From Amoebidium appalachense (Eukaryota > Protista > Ichthyosporea), in NCBI GenBank assembly GCA_963693365.1, contig CAVNZM010000002.1:124001-188000 (forward strand): a stretch of DNA of 64,000 bases, given 5' to 3'. The stretch's first letter is position 1, and every line of letters begins with the position of its first letter. Positions 1 through 17,237 of this stretch are shown here, in pieces. The notes below the pieces were generated by a model that saw nothing but the letters and a program-made list of their open reading frames with translations, was not told the DNA's origin and made no database searches. A program made the position numbers and the translations under genes.

Positions 1-298
1 TTAAAGAACAAAAGCCACAGAGGTGGCAGGAGATGCATGCAACCATCAGAACATTATGTAGGGTCATGCAGTCGTGTCTACATTTAGAGCCCGGCATAAC
101 GGGCTGGCTGCGACATACGTTGTAGGAGCAAGAAACGGGATGGGCCCTTATCACGCCATCTATCAACACACGTGCAAGTGTTTTTGACTGTGCACTGCAG
201 TGGACGATGGGGCCATCGTGGACGTGGCCTTCAGAGACTTCACCCACCAGCCACCAATGGGCTACGACCAGATCATGTTTGAGCAGTCCATCCTATAG
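1..298 (+). CDS. 3' end of an unidentified spliced gene (partial)
   Basis: Exon 1-57 (donor GTAGGG) joins in phase to exon 201-298 (acceptor TGCAG), giving KEQKPQRWQEMHATIRTLLDDGAIVDVAFRDFTHQPPMGYDQIMFEQSIL* with GC3-rich codons. Family not recognised. Confidence 0.6.
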
Positions 299-566
299 GT
301 GGGTGGGTGTGCCCTTGAACATATCGTGTGCACGTGCATGTATCTGTGTGGGTGTATGGTGCGTGCATGTGGTTGTATGTTGTGTGCACGTGCATGTATC
401 TGTGTGGGTGTATGGTGTGTGCGTCTGGTTGTATGTTGTGTGCACATGCACGCAGGGTAGCGAGGGTGTCTATCGACCTGCATGCAGAGAGGGTGTGTGT
501 GCACGTGTATGCCATAGTAAGGTGTACACAGGCAGTGTTTGGGTCTTTGAACCCCCCCCCCCCCCC

Positions 567-806
567 AACCCTGCTCGTCTCTGATCAAGACGGGTGACCT
601 ACTCATGTTCAAGTGAAACAGTATCTGAGTTGGGTTTCGTTAACGAGGGGAATAGGTCGAAACTCGGGTACTGTGGATGACGTGGGCCCCCCCTGAGGAT
701 GGGCTCTGCTTATTATGCATACTCTTTATGTATGGCTTGCATTCTGCATCGTGTTATCCGTTTGTTCTTGTGTACTTCGTACTTTTTGACGCATTCAAAA
801 CCCCCC
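567..806 (+). mobile_element. ~240-bp dispersed SINE-like repeat, copy 1
   Basis: Near-identical to 20306-20540 (AACCCTGCTCGTCTCTGATCAAGACGGGTG...GACGCATTCAAA then C-run). Non-coding, and compositionally unlike the surrounding intron. Confidence 0.75.
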
Positions 807-1222
807 GCCCTCTCCCTCCTTTCCTCTTTTATGTTTGGAGTTGCGTGTGTTTGTCTAAACGGTTCTTTTTATTAGTTCATTCTTTAGTAGCGCAATCTAA
901 TCTACCAACTAACCCCAACCCGCTTCTTAGGACACCCCCCTTGTGTGCACATACTTCCCCCTTCCCCCCCCCCCCCCCCCCCCCCCATCCCCTCTCACCA
1001 CTCTGTTTCACGCACAGGGCCCTGGCCACTGACTGGGTGCCTGCAGTTGTGACGGGCAGGCAATGGAGTGCCTGACTGTGGGCACTATGTGTTGATGGCG
1101 GGAAGAGGGGTGCTGCGCCGTGCACGGGCACACCAGCGCGCACCCGTGCCCTGCACCAACTCGAGCACGCGACTAGGCATCACCCTTGCACACCCACCCT
1201 GGGCTTTGCGGGCACACATACA

Positions 1223-1274
<52 letters not shown>

Positions 1275-2050
1275 GACACATGCCCGCACGTGCGCGCGCA
1301 CACACATAGATCTGTGCCTACATGGCACCAGTAAGTACGTCCTTTGGTCATATAACACCCTGATGGTTGGATATTTTTTACTGCTCGACATGCAGTGTCT
1401 TAGTTCCGTGCGAGGTCTCTGTGCAATTACAACCGTGTGCATTCTTTTTTTTGCAACACCACATGAAGGTCTGTAGTGTTTTTTATCGGCCAGTATCGAT
1501 TGCTTCTCTCCCTTATGTTCTCCCCGCCACCAACTCCCTCCCACGTGCACACACCCGATTTATAGCCTTTTTTAGGCCTATTATGAGGCATGGATGAGAT
1601 AGTGCCATAGGGCCATGCCCGACGTCCTGTGACGTCATTGTACATATGAGCTCAGACATGCGCGGCCTGGCGGGACCGGGTGCGCTGTGCAGACTACCGA
1701 TAATGTGTACATATGTGGGTGCTGCGGGTCCAGCCCTGCAGCCATCATTCATTCCATTCGTGCATATATATCTGGCACATGTGCAGGTGGCTCTAGGGCC
1801 TAGAACTATGCATACGTGTATCTCCATCTAACACGTGCCTCTGTTGCTAAGTGTCCCGAACTCATATATCTGGGAGCTGCCAGCCCACTGACTGATTTAG
1901 GCCAACCGATGCGCACACATGTTGAGCACACATGTAATATACAATCCGAATGTGTCCGGCTATTCAGCTACGTACTTGGGGTGCAGCACTCCATTAAATG
2001 ATGATGCAACTGCCCCCCCCCCCCCCCCCCCCCTTCTTTTCAATCGGATA

Positions 2051-7034
<4,984 letters not shown>

Positions 7035-8162
7035 GCCGAGGTCTGCAGGGGAACATAAGCACCAAGAATAACTAAAGTAGGAAGCCAAGGCCTTGAAGGT
7101 GGCAGGTGTCCCTCTTCCTCAGTTACATGTTTCAAGTCCGCCCGTCTTGTTTCTCTCCGTGTGCATTTACTGGCCTCGATTTACATACAAGCTTTTGTGC
7201 GTGTAAGTTTGTGTGATCGTGCTGTGTGTGAAATGCAAGTGTGTTCATGCACACTTCTTAATTCAATATTTTTTCCCTTCTTCTTCTTTTCTTTTTGTGT
7301 TTTTTTCTTTGTGTATGTGTGGCAGGGGGGGGGGTGGAGAGGGGGGGGGGGGGGGGGGGGGGGGGTTGGAGGGGGGGGGAGGTGGGGAGGGGGAGGGGCT
7401 GGCCTGCCCGAACCCCCCTGCTTCCAGAAACTGCAACAACAGGAGGTAGTTGACTGCCGTGGGAAGGAAAAGAGTTTCTTCGCAGTGTGCAGTGCACAGC
7501 AAGCAGGGCCGCGGTCTAGTGTCGATGAGGGAGTACATACCTCTGCCACGTTGCTTCGATCCAAACAGGAGGCTCGAGGGTGTGAGGGCAGGCAAGCAGC
7601 TCAGGCAAGCAAGGCAGGCCGTGCTCAGGTGTGTGACAGATGCAGACGTGAAATCATACAGGTCTTTAAAGGGCCGTCCGGGCAAAAGCTAGGCTTGCGG
7701 CCATGGAAATGAAATGGTGGGTACAGACGCACACTGCCCCGCGGCAAAAGAAATTTTCCAACTGCAGGGCACCGTGGGCCAGGGAGGTCAACTCGAAAGA
7801 CAAAAGAAGCTGCAAACGCTGGCTGCTCTTGGCTACTCCGGGAGTTTCCAAAAGGGCCTTTACTCCCGAGGTTTGTCTTTGTAGCCCCATCTGAGTGGTT
7901 GAATTGGCAAAAGGGCGCGCATTTACTGATATCGCAAAGCGCTCGAGCTCTGTGTTTGGCTCGAGGCTCGCCGAGCAAGGCCACGGCCATCGGTGTTTCT
8001 AGATGGCCGTGAGCAAGGCCCATAGGCCCCAAGCTTGCATAGGCTGAACAGAGCTCGTGCAAGGTTTGCTTGTGGATAGTCAACCTTGAGGAACTGGCGG
8101 AAGTAGGTGACGGAAGAGGCAAACAAAATATTTACCTGCCATCTTTGTCAGCAACAGGAAGC

Positions 8163-10532
8163 ATGGCCCTGCACAAGGGCGCCGCAAAGGGCGGGGAGGA
8201 GGGGCCCAGTGTGGGTGCGGAGGTGCTAGCGGAGGTGTTTGAGGCACTGGTGGCCCAGGAGGGCGACGGCACGGGGGAGGCCACGCCGCACTGCCCCCTG
8301 CACTACCACTGCGCACGTACGTGCCTGCTCCTGTGTGCCTGTCTGGGTGTCCGTGTGCACGTAATGGTTGGGCTCTGCCTGTGTGGCTGTGTGCACCTGC
8401 CTGTTTGGTTGTGTGCATGTGCCTGTGTGCATGTGCTTGTGTGCTCGCACCTGTGCCTGTGTACTTGTTTCACCCTCTGTGTTGTCTTGCCTGTGCCCGT
8501 GTGCCTGCGTGCCCTCTGTGCATGTGTTCTTGTACCTGCGCCCCTAACTGTGTCAGTGTGTTCGTGTCTGTGTATGCACTGCTGACGGGTGGGTTCAGGC
8601 CTGGTGGGATGCCTGACCGCCAGCAGCAGCGAGCCAGAGGTCTTCCGCACTGGTAGGGGGCTGGCAGGGCTGTGTGCTTGTTTGCACGACAGGTGCTTTG
8701 GGCTGTGGGTTGGGGTTCTGACTGGGCCACAGCACACCGGCTGATGTATGCGGCCCTACTGCCCCTGCTGGAAGACCTGTGTGGGGTCCTGGAGAGCACC
8801 AGCACAGAGAAGAAAATACGCATCAGGTAAAGCACAGTTGCACAGGGTTGTGTGGTGCACGCAGGTGCTGAGGGTGGCTAGAAGACGCTAGGGTGCCCGT
8901 CAGACCCATGTGAAGCTGCTTTTGTGTTTTACAAGGAGCTATTGACCGTTTTCTTTCCCCCCCAAGCAAACAAACAAAAAAAAATAAAAAAATACGCGCC
9001 CCCGTCATTTTTCCGGCTTTAGATTGTCCCCCTCCCCTCAATTGTTCACTGTTTCTTGTGTTGCTTAGTGTTTCTTCTCTTTTATATGTTTTAACTAAAC
9101 CGTAACCAGAGCTAGGTTGTGTTTGCAGTGGCCCTGTATGTCAGCTTGACTGCGCTTTTTGACCCACCCCACATGCTGCATAGTGTCGGGTTGGCCCGTA
9201 ATGGTTCCTGCACACCTGCTGTGCTTCCAGCCGCACAAGCCTTTCTGATATCGCCCGCATTTTGGTTGTCATGTGCCTGCCCTACAATTGTTCTTTGTTA
9301 AATTGCCTTGTGTGCATGAGGCATGCATCACTGTTATCGGGTTTTGGCCAGGTACAAGGTTGCCTCTTTGTTTCCTTTCCTTTCTTTCTTTATTTCTTTT
9401 TTTGTTTGTTTTTTTTGTTTGTTTTTTTTTTTTGGGGGGGGGGGGGGGAGGGGGGGGGGGGTTAAATCTGAGTGGGGAGTGCAGCCGGAGCGAGCAGCTG
9501 CCTGTGCTGTGGGGACAGATAGAGCTGCTGGGGCTGTGCTGTGTCAACATGGCCAGAAAGGTGCTTGGCTGATTGGTGTGCTGGTGGTGGCTTTTCTAGT
9601 GATTGTTGTGCTCACAGGGGGCCCGGTCTGTAGGTGGCAGTAGCACTTGTTGACCTGATGTTTAAAGTAGGTTTAGGGTTTTATGTTTGCCGAGATGTTT
9701 GCCCAGCCCCCCCCCCCCCCCTCCCCCCCCCTCTCCCCTCCCCATAACCCCCTCCCCTTGTGCCCACCCACCCGCCCACTCACGCGCCCACCCATTATGG
9801 GCCACACAAAGTGTTTTTGTATATTTATGAACTATGTGCGGGTTGTTCAAGTAGGCTGTGCACTTTGCTTTGCCTTTTCCCGGTGACCAACCCGTTTTCT
9901 TCATGTGCACATACATTATGTTCTTAGTAATAATACCTCTTTGAATAAAACACATGAGGGTCATAGTAGTTGTGGTGAAGACTGGTGGTGGTGATCGTGG
10001 TGGTTTGTTTTTTGTTTTTTGTTTTTTTTGGTTGGGGGGGGGGGGGGGGACAATCGTAATTCGATGTGAAGTGGCTGTAAGATTTATCGGATGCTGGGCC
10101 GATCTTGTGTTTGTGTGTTCATGGGTCCCAGCTCTTTTATGCTCAGGTTTCACGAAAAGCAATTGCACCGGGTTGACCGGTTGCTGTTACGAGTTGTTTT
10201 CTGGCCACGGGCTTCGCCTTGATTTTGACAAGTGTGTATGTGAAGGAGTGGCTAAAGCTACCTCAGAAACCAACTCTTATTTTCGATGAAAAACAATGTC
10301 AAACGAGTTTGTTGTACGGTTGCTAGGATAGACCAGGATGCACAGTCCTGACATGTATGGGGGCAGTATTGGGCCCCACGTGGTGGCACGGACCAGCGGC
10401 CCCCACCAAGCACAGCCACACACACAAGGGAGGAGCTGGTGCAGGTGGGTGGATGTGTGGGTTTTTTATCCTTCGTTCTTTCTCTTTTTCTCTCCTCTTT
10501 TTTTCCCTCATTTTTTTTCGTTTCTTGGGGGA

Positions 10533-10573
<41 letters not shown>

Positions 10574-11534
10574 GGGGGGGGGGGGGGGGGGGGGGAGAAT
10601 GGAGTGCCTGAAGAATGACGGAAGAAATGGGTGTTTTGCTGCCTAGGTTTAGAAGAAGGGGGAACACCCACCGCGGGATGACGTAAACGCGGGGGGGGGG
10701 GGGGGGGGGGGGGGGAGGGGGGCATGTGTGAGGTGGAAGGAGAGGCTGTGACAGATAGGGTGGTGACACGGGGGCCCATTGCAGTGCGAGGTGGAGCTGT
10801 GGCGGCTGGTCGACTACATCGTGCCCACAGACAGTGCCTTGTGCTGCCTGCGCATGCTGCTGCTGCTGCTGAGGTGTGCACGTGCATGCTGCTGCTGCTG
10901 CTGAGGTGTGCACGTGCATGCTGCTGCTGCTGCTGAGGTGTGCACGTGCATGCTGCTGCTGCTGCTGAGGTGTGCACGTGCATGCTGCTGCTGCTGCTGA
11001 GGTGTGCACGTGCATGCTGCTGCTGCTGATGTGGTGTGCACGTGCATGCTGCTGCTGCTGCTGCTGAGGTGTGCATGTGCATGCTGCTGCTGCTGCTGAG
11101 GTGTGCACGTGCATGCTGCTGCTGCTGCTGAGGTGTGCACGTGCATGCTGCTGCTGCTGCTGAGGTGTGCACGTGCATGCTGCTGCTGCTGCTGAGGTGT
11201 GCACGTGCATGCTGCTGCTGCTGCTGAGGTGTGCACGTGCATGCTGCTGCTGCTGCTGAGGTGTGCACGTGCATGCTGCTGCTGCTGCTGTGTGCACGTG
11301 CATGCTGCTGCTCCTGTTGAGGTGTGCACGTGCATGCTGCTGCCGCTGATGTGCACGCGCATGCATTTCTACCCCCCTCCCTCTCCCCCCTCTCCCCCCC
11401 CCCCCCCCCCATTCTCTCTTCCTCCCCCCTCCCCTACCCCCTCCCCCCCCCTCATGAGACCAACCATTGACAATCAATTACACACATGCACACGCACGCA
11501 CACGCACGCACACACACACACACACACACACACC

Positions 11535-11604
<70 letters not shown>

Positions 11605-12960
11605 ATGCAGGGAGGACACAGGGGGTGCGCAGTGTGGGCTTGGGGCGGACTTTGAGCGGGTGTGCCATCTGGTGCTGGACCTGTTGTCAGACAAGAGGGC
11701 TGACTGCACGGGGTAGGGGGGGGGGGGGGGGGGGGGGATGGGGGACACATACTCGGGAGGGGAGGGGGTTATATAGGAGTGTATTGGGTGTGAGCATGTG
11801 AGATACAAACCACGAGGAGAGAAGGGAGTGCCATAGGATACCAGGGGTGGAATGGCCAGTGGGGAAAGGGGCGGTTGAAGGGGGGGACAGGGGAAGGAGG
11901 TGGGGGTTACAAGGAGAAAGGTGAATCGGGAGGGAATGGCATGCATGCAAAGAGGGTGGACAGATGTGCGGACTGGCAGTGATAGAGGTGTAGAAAGAGC
12001 TTTGTCTCGGGGGAGCATTGGGGTGGAGGGGGGGGGGGGGAGGGGAGGGAGGGGGGTGTGGGTGGGTGGGTGGGTGGGGGGGGGGGGGGGGGGGAGGTAC
12101 ATATTGCATAGGAGGTCGATAGGAAGGCAGATCACTAAATATTGCATTTTGGGCTTTTCAGGTTGTGGGCCTGTGGCAGTATTTGTGCACGATAGGGAAC
12201 GCGGGGGGGGGGGGACCAGTAGATTGATGGCTGCTGGGGGGAGCAGGGATCTGCCTGGGCCGGACCAGCCGCTGCTGCTGGCCACGTGTGTGGTGGGGGC
12301 AGCCGCATACCTGACCATGGGGGAGGCGGACGTCGATGCCATCGTCACAAGATGTGGGTGCCATCACTCCAACCCCCCCCCCCCCCCCCCCCCCCCTCTC
12401 CCCACCCATCCCTTCCCCCCCACACACACACCAAAAGAAGAAGAGAAAAAAGAAAGGAACTTGCTCGAGTTACCGAGTGAGCTCAGCAATGTCTGCTTTC
12501 TGGCACGTGCATTTGCCAACCCATCATGCCAATGAGCGTGTTGCATGATCCCTCCTTCCCCCCCCCCCCCCCCCTTGTGCTGCTTTTGATCAGTACATTT
12601 TTCGTTTGCACCCCTCCCCCCCTTTCCCCCGCCCCCCAGCCAACCACCTTCCCACCCACACATGCAACACACACCCACAAGCGCGCGCACATGTACACAC
12701 ACGTGTGGGCAAGTGCAAGTAATAGCATGCATTGCCCCACACTTCTGCATGCATCCAGATCTACCCATGAAAAAACACACATGCACCCATGTGGAGAATG
12801 CACATAGACCACACGCCATACCCACTCCCCCCCTCCCCCCTCCTCGCCCCCTCCTCTCTCAACTCTGTCATTACCCTTTCCTCGAGTGGCCCATCCTTCC
12901 CCGGCACACACTGACACACACACACACACACACACACGCACACCGTACACACACACACAG

Positions 12961-12994
<34 letters not shown>

Positions 12995-13613
12995 GTACAG
13001 GCAGCCAGCACACGCAGCTACCTGCACCGCGCTGCCTTGGGGCCACGGCCAGTGCTGTGTTGCATCTGCAGGCCAGCCTGAACAGGGTGCCCCCCAGTGC
13101 GTGGGCACACAGCACACGCAGGCCTTTAAAGCAAGATTGAGTTGCAAACACTCACACTGAGAAGTCTTACATGATGGCATATCCAATCAAAATAATTAGA
13201 ATTATCCAAATCCCTATGCAACTTATTTGGCGGGGGGCTTGACCATTAAAGGCGAGTCCCCTCGACAGCCAGTTATCGCCTGTGGTGCTGCCTGCAGGAG
13301 TATTATTTGCACAACAGGCTGTACTATGAAAGTATGCTTCCAAGTATCGTATAATCACCGCAAGAAAAGCACTCTCTGAAGGTGATTATGCCGTTACAAA
13401 TTTGGCTGGTAATCCGTCAATTCGATCCCACTATGCTTATGTTAATCACACGTGGGGCACGTGATACATGTAATGTGAAAATCTGTGGCCTGGCACTGGG
13501 AAGGGCTACTTTGCACCACGGGGGCTGGCACCCTGTGAATGAGAAGAGTGCAACCGATGAGCCAGGGTGCCAGCATGTGTCTGAGCATATTATTCATGTG
13601 TCCACGTGTGGCA

Positions 13614-13674
<61 letters not shown>

Positions 13675-14750
13675 ACACCACCACCACCACCACCACCACC
13701 ACCACCACCATGGCCACCCCTATTCCCCCCGCGGCCGCCCGCCTTCCCCCACACACATAGATGTGACATACAAAAATCAAACATCCTCGTTCCGCCTTGG
13801 AACTTATGTAAGTATCCATAAGCACCTTAATATTTATTATAATGTGCCTGCCTGCAGGCAAATTGGCACCAAGCCTGTGGCCAAGGGCATGCCACCAGGC
13901 ATGGGATGTAGGCAGTGCCCATCACCATCGGACAGACCGGCCAGATGGTTAAAAGCGTCACACAGCATCGATGATCATGATTCATCTCAGACCGCGGGCA
14001 GCCAAGTGCGAATAATTTATTTGCAGGCCTAGGAGTGTGTGTGTGCTTGTGTGTGTATCTCATATTATGTGTGTGCCCCGGTGTCGGTTTTTTTTTTGGG
14101 GTGGGGGGGGGGGGGGGGGGTTTTGGGGTGGGGGGGGGGGGGTTTGAGGAATATTTAAAGAAGCGGGGGAGGGGGGGGGGGGAGAGGGGGGGGGGGGGGG
14201 GGGGGGGCGGAATGTGCCTATGGCTAAACGGATAGGTGACGTGTGCCTACGGTTAATATGGGTTTTAGCATGCGATTTGTGCCTATTCAATGACCGAGAG
14301 CCCGAATAATAAACTACGAATGGATTGTAGTGCCGCATTATCTGTGTGCGTCCGCCAAAATTGGAGGAGGCACATCCTATCGTTCCATACTCATGATGTT
14401 CATATTATATGCCCCCCCCCCCCCCCCCCTCCCCCCCCCCTCCCAACCCCCCCCCTCCCCCTCCCCGGGCCCTCCCGGGCATCCCTCCCTCACCCCTAGT
14501 TTGGCACTGCATATGTCCGCGTAAGCACCCCAGCACTTGGATCAGGTCCCTGTCGTCGTCCCCACCCCCTCCGCCCCCCCCCCCAAAAATGGCACATGGC
14601 ATGGGCATGCCGTGCATGGATCCAGGTGGCCAGACCGGGGTAGCTAGATCCAAACTCAATTTACACCCCCCCCCCCCCTCCTCCCCCCCCCCCTCCCCCT
14701 GCTTGCAGTCAAGGGCACAACCGGTTCACGCCATGCAGGTCTTGAAATGA
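8163..14750 (+). CDS. Uncharacterised Leu/Cys-rich, probably helical protein, ~12 exons, divergent from JMJD5
   Basis: Approximate exons 8163-8316, 8599-8652, 8733-8826, 9485-9560, 10367-10444, 10785-10873, 11611-11712, 12248-12354, 13001-13096, 13858-13907, 14500-14520, 14709-14750. They chain in phase: MALHKGAAKG...AHRLMYAALLPLLEDLCGVLE...CEVELWRLVDYIVP...FERVCHLVLDLLSD...HAMQVLK*. No family recognised; 3' exons less certain. Confidence 0.6.
10852..11365 (+). repeat. 32-bp minisatellite (~15-16 units) spanning an exon/intron junction
   Basis: Unit GCATGCTGCTGCTGCTGCTGAG|GTGTGCACGT. The first unit contains the exon end and the donor at 10874. Confidence 0.9.
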
Positions 14751-14927
14751 GTCGGCTGTGTGAGTACGTGGGATGTGCTTGCCTGGCACGTTGGGCACGT
14801 GTATCCCTGTGAGCACAAAGCAGGTGTGTGTCTGTGCCTGTACCTGTGTGTGTGTGTGTGTGTCTGTGTGCGCTCGTGCGCATGTGTATGTATGTGTTGT
14901 GTGTGTGTGTTTTTGTGTGTGGGTAAC

Positions 14928-15003
<76 letters not shown>

Positions 15004-15009
15004 GTGAGA

Positions 15010-15045
<36 letters not shown>

Positions 15046-15375
15046 GGGGGTGGGGTGGGGGGGGATGGTGGTGCAAGGAGGTATTTGGGACAGTTCCTGC
15101 GCAGTGTTTGTGCGCAGCATGGTACATATGGGTAAGTCCATTTACCTGGCTGATGTCAACAGGTGCCCGTACGTATACTTACTTGCAAGGGTGTCATGTC
15201 ACATGTGTGAGCACGTGTAATAAGAACATGGCATTTTTACTGCGCCTAGTTGCACCGTCTGCTACCGGCCAGCCAGCAGCACAGGACGGCCTTGCCGAAC
15301 ACCCACACCCACTAGTCTTATCGAAAAGACCCTCCACAACATGAAAAAAAAAACTAAAAATACGTGTACTGGGTT

Positions 15376-15415
<40 letters not shown>

Positions 15416-16134
15416 TTCCCCCTCCCCCGACACCCCATCCCTCCATCCCCCGACACCCCATCCCTCAACCACCCAACACAAAAAAAAAAAAAAAAAAAAA
15501 AAAGGGAAAAAAAAAAGCCGCAAAAGCAGGCACCAGAAGCGTCTTGTACCCAATACACACACGACAATTCACCCCATCATAACCTTGCCCCCGCAACATA
15601 CACCCATATTGGGAAAACATGTAGCTTCATTATTATCCATTAGGCACCATACACACACGATTGCTCAGAGCCATAGAAAAACACCACTGTGGGTGTAGAA
15701 TAAACCCACGGGTGGTACATCATACGTATTTACAGGTGGGGGTCCAATAAAATTGTGACCCCCAGCACGAAATTTACGAGGTGTGTCTGGAATGAACTGG
15801 TGATGTATCATGTATGTCTGTTTGCTTGTGTCTGTGTGGCTGTACGTGTATCCCTTGGTGTGTGTGTGCACAGAAGTGTAAATACACGAATTTGTGTGTG
15901 GATGGATGTTAAGTACCGTAACAGGGTCTGTGTTCTTGTGTGGCTAGCAAGGTGGATGCTATGGTGCCTGAAGTATACGTACATAATATGCTCGCGTAGT
16001 CATATGCCGTGCTCCTATTTGCCGCAACATGTGAGCAGGCTCTTTCGTTAACATATCACACCACCCTCACGGGTAAAAAAAAAAAAAAAAAAAACCATTA
16101 AACAGGGGCACCCACACGCACGTGCCTTATTTGC

Positions 16135-17237
16135 CTACCCACTCTGGACTATGGACGGGGGCCTGTCCTCGTCCTGCGTGTCCGACACGCTGTCTGCCGA
16201 GTCCAGCAGGGAATAGCGGTTGAGCAGCACACACTCCCCCCCGTCACTGGCCACACTGAACTGGTAGAACGACCCGTCCCCCGTCACCACCATCACCAGG
16301 GGAGGGCTGTTGTTGCTAAACGCCACCAGCGTGGGCTGGCCCCCACCCCCAGGCAGCTTCAGAAAGGCGTGGTCCCTCTCTGGCTCCCACACGTCCGACA
16401 CCATCTGGGGCAGCCACGCAGACAGCCCGGCCAGCGCCCCCCGGCCATAGTCTTAGGGGGTGGTGGGCGCTGGTCGAGTTTGAATATGTGCACTGTATCC
16501 GTGTCGCTGCTCACAGCAAGCAGCTTGCTGTCGCGGCTGAAGGCCAAACTGTGTATCTGCGCAGGGTAGGACCCCCGCCTGTATTGGTGCAGTAGCAGCC
16601 CCCCCGGCACGCTGTAGACACGTATGACCGTGCCCTTGCTGCTGGCTGTAGCCAACAGTGTGCCCGTGTCGTCAAAGGCAAGCTGGCTGAGGGGGGTCTT
16701 GTGGGCTGCTATGATGGTCACTGCCTGCAGGTTGAGGCAGTCAAACACAAGCACGTCCCCACTCACACTGGACGGTTGGTAGGCAAGGTAGTTGTTGTCG
16801 GCGTTGGGGCTAAGGGCCATAAGCCCCTTGGGGTTGGGGGGGGTCTCGACTTGGTGTAGGTGTTTCATGATGGTGATGTCGTAGATGTGCATGCGGTCCT
16901 CTAGCACCACCACCAGCCGCTTTCTGTTCATGCGCACGGCAAGGATTGATGTTTTGAAGTTCAGCTCACACACCTTTGTGTCTCTCTTTGTGTTTGCAAT
17001 CTGCAGTGACCGCGGGGACAGTGCGGGCTGCACACCAGCACCGACCAGTGCGACGAGGGCCGAGCAGAAAAGCATCTCCGCTATTTGGATGCTGCCCACT
17101 GCCTTGGTGAAACAGCGCCCAAAGGGGTCGCAGTTGTACAGCTTGTAGCCCTGCGTCGTGCCCACAGACAGGCAGCTGCTGTCTTGGTTGAAGCTCGCAG
17201 ACAGCAGGTCTGTCTGCGCCTTGCCTACTAGGTTCAT
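16135..17237 (-). CDS. ATG18: Autophagy PROPPIN ATG18/WIPI1-2-like WD40 protein, intronless, with a 1-nt frameshift at the G6 run ~16437-16442
   Basis: MNLVGKAQTDLLSASFNQDSSCLSVGT...EMLFCSALVALVG...AVRMNRKRLVVVLE...AHKTPLSQLAFDDTGTLLATASSKGTVIRVYS...YRRG (phosphoinositide motif, usually FRRG). One extra G joins this to the 16135-16404 ORF (LPQMVSDVWEPERDHAFLKL...GGECVLLNRYSLLD). Confidence 0.92.

Noticed and set aside
9466-9484. Apparent GAG acceptors at ~9472 and ~48437
   Set aside because: In-phase CAG acceptors with nearby branch-like motifs exist just downstream (9484, 48479).
16075-16094. Poly(A) run as a retrocopy tail of ATG18
   Set aside because: It is on the + strand, i.e. poly(T) in the gene's sense.
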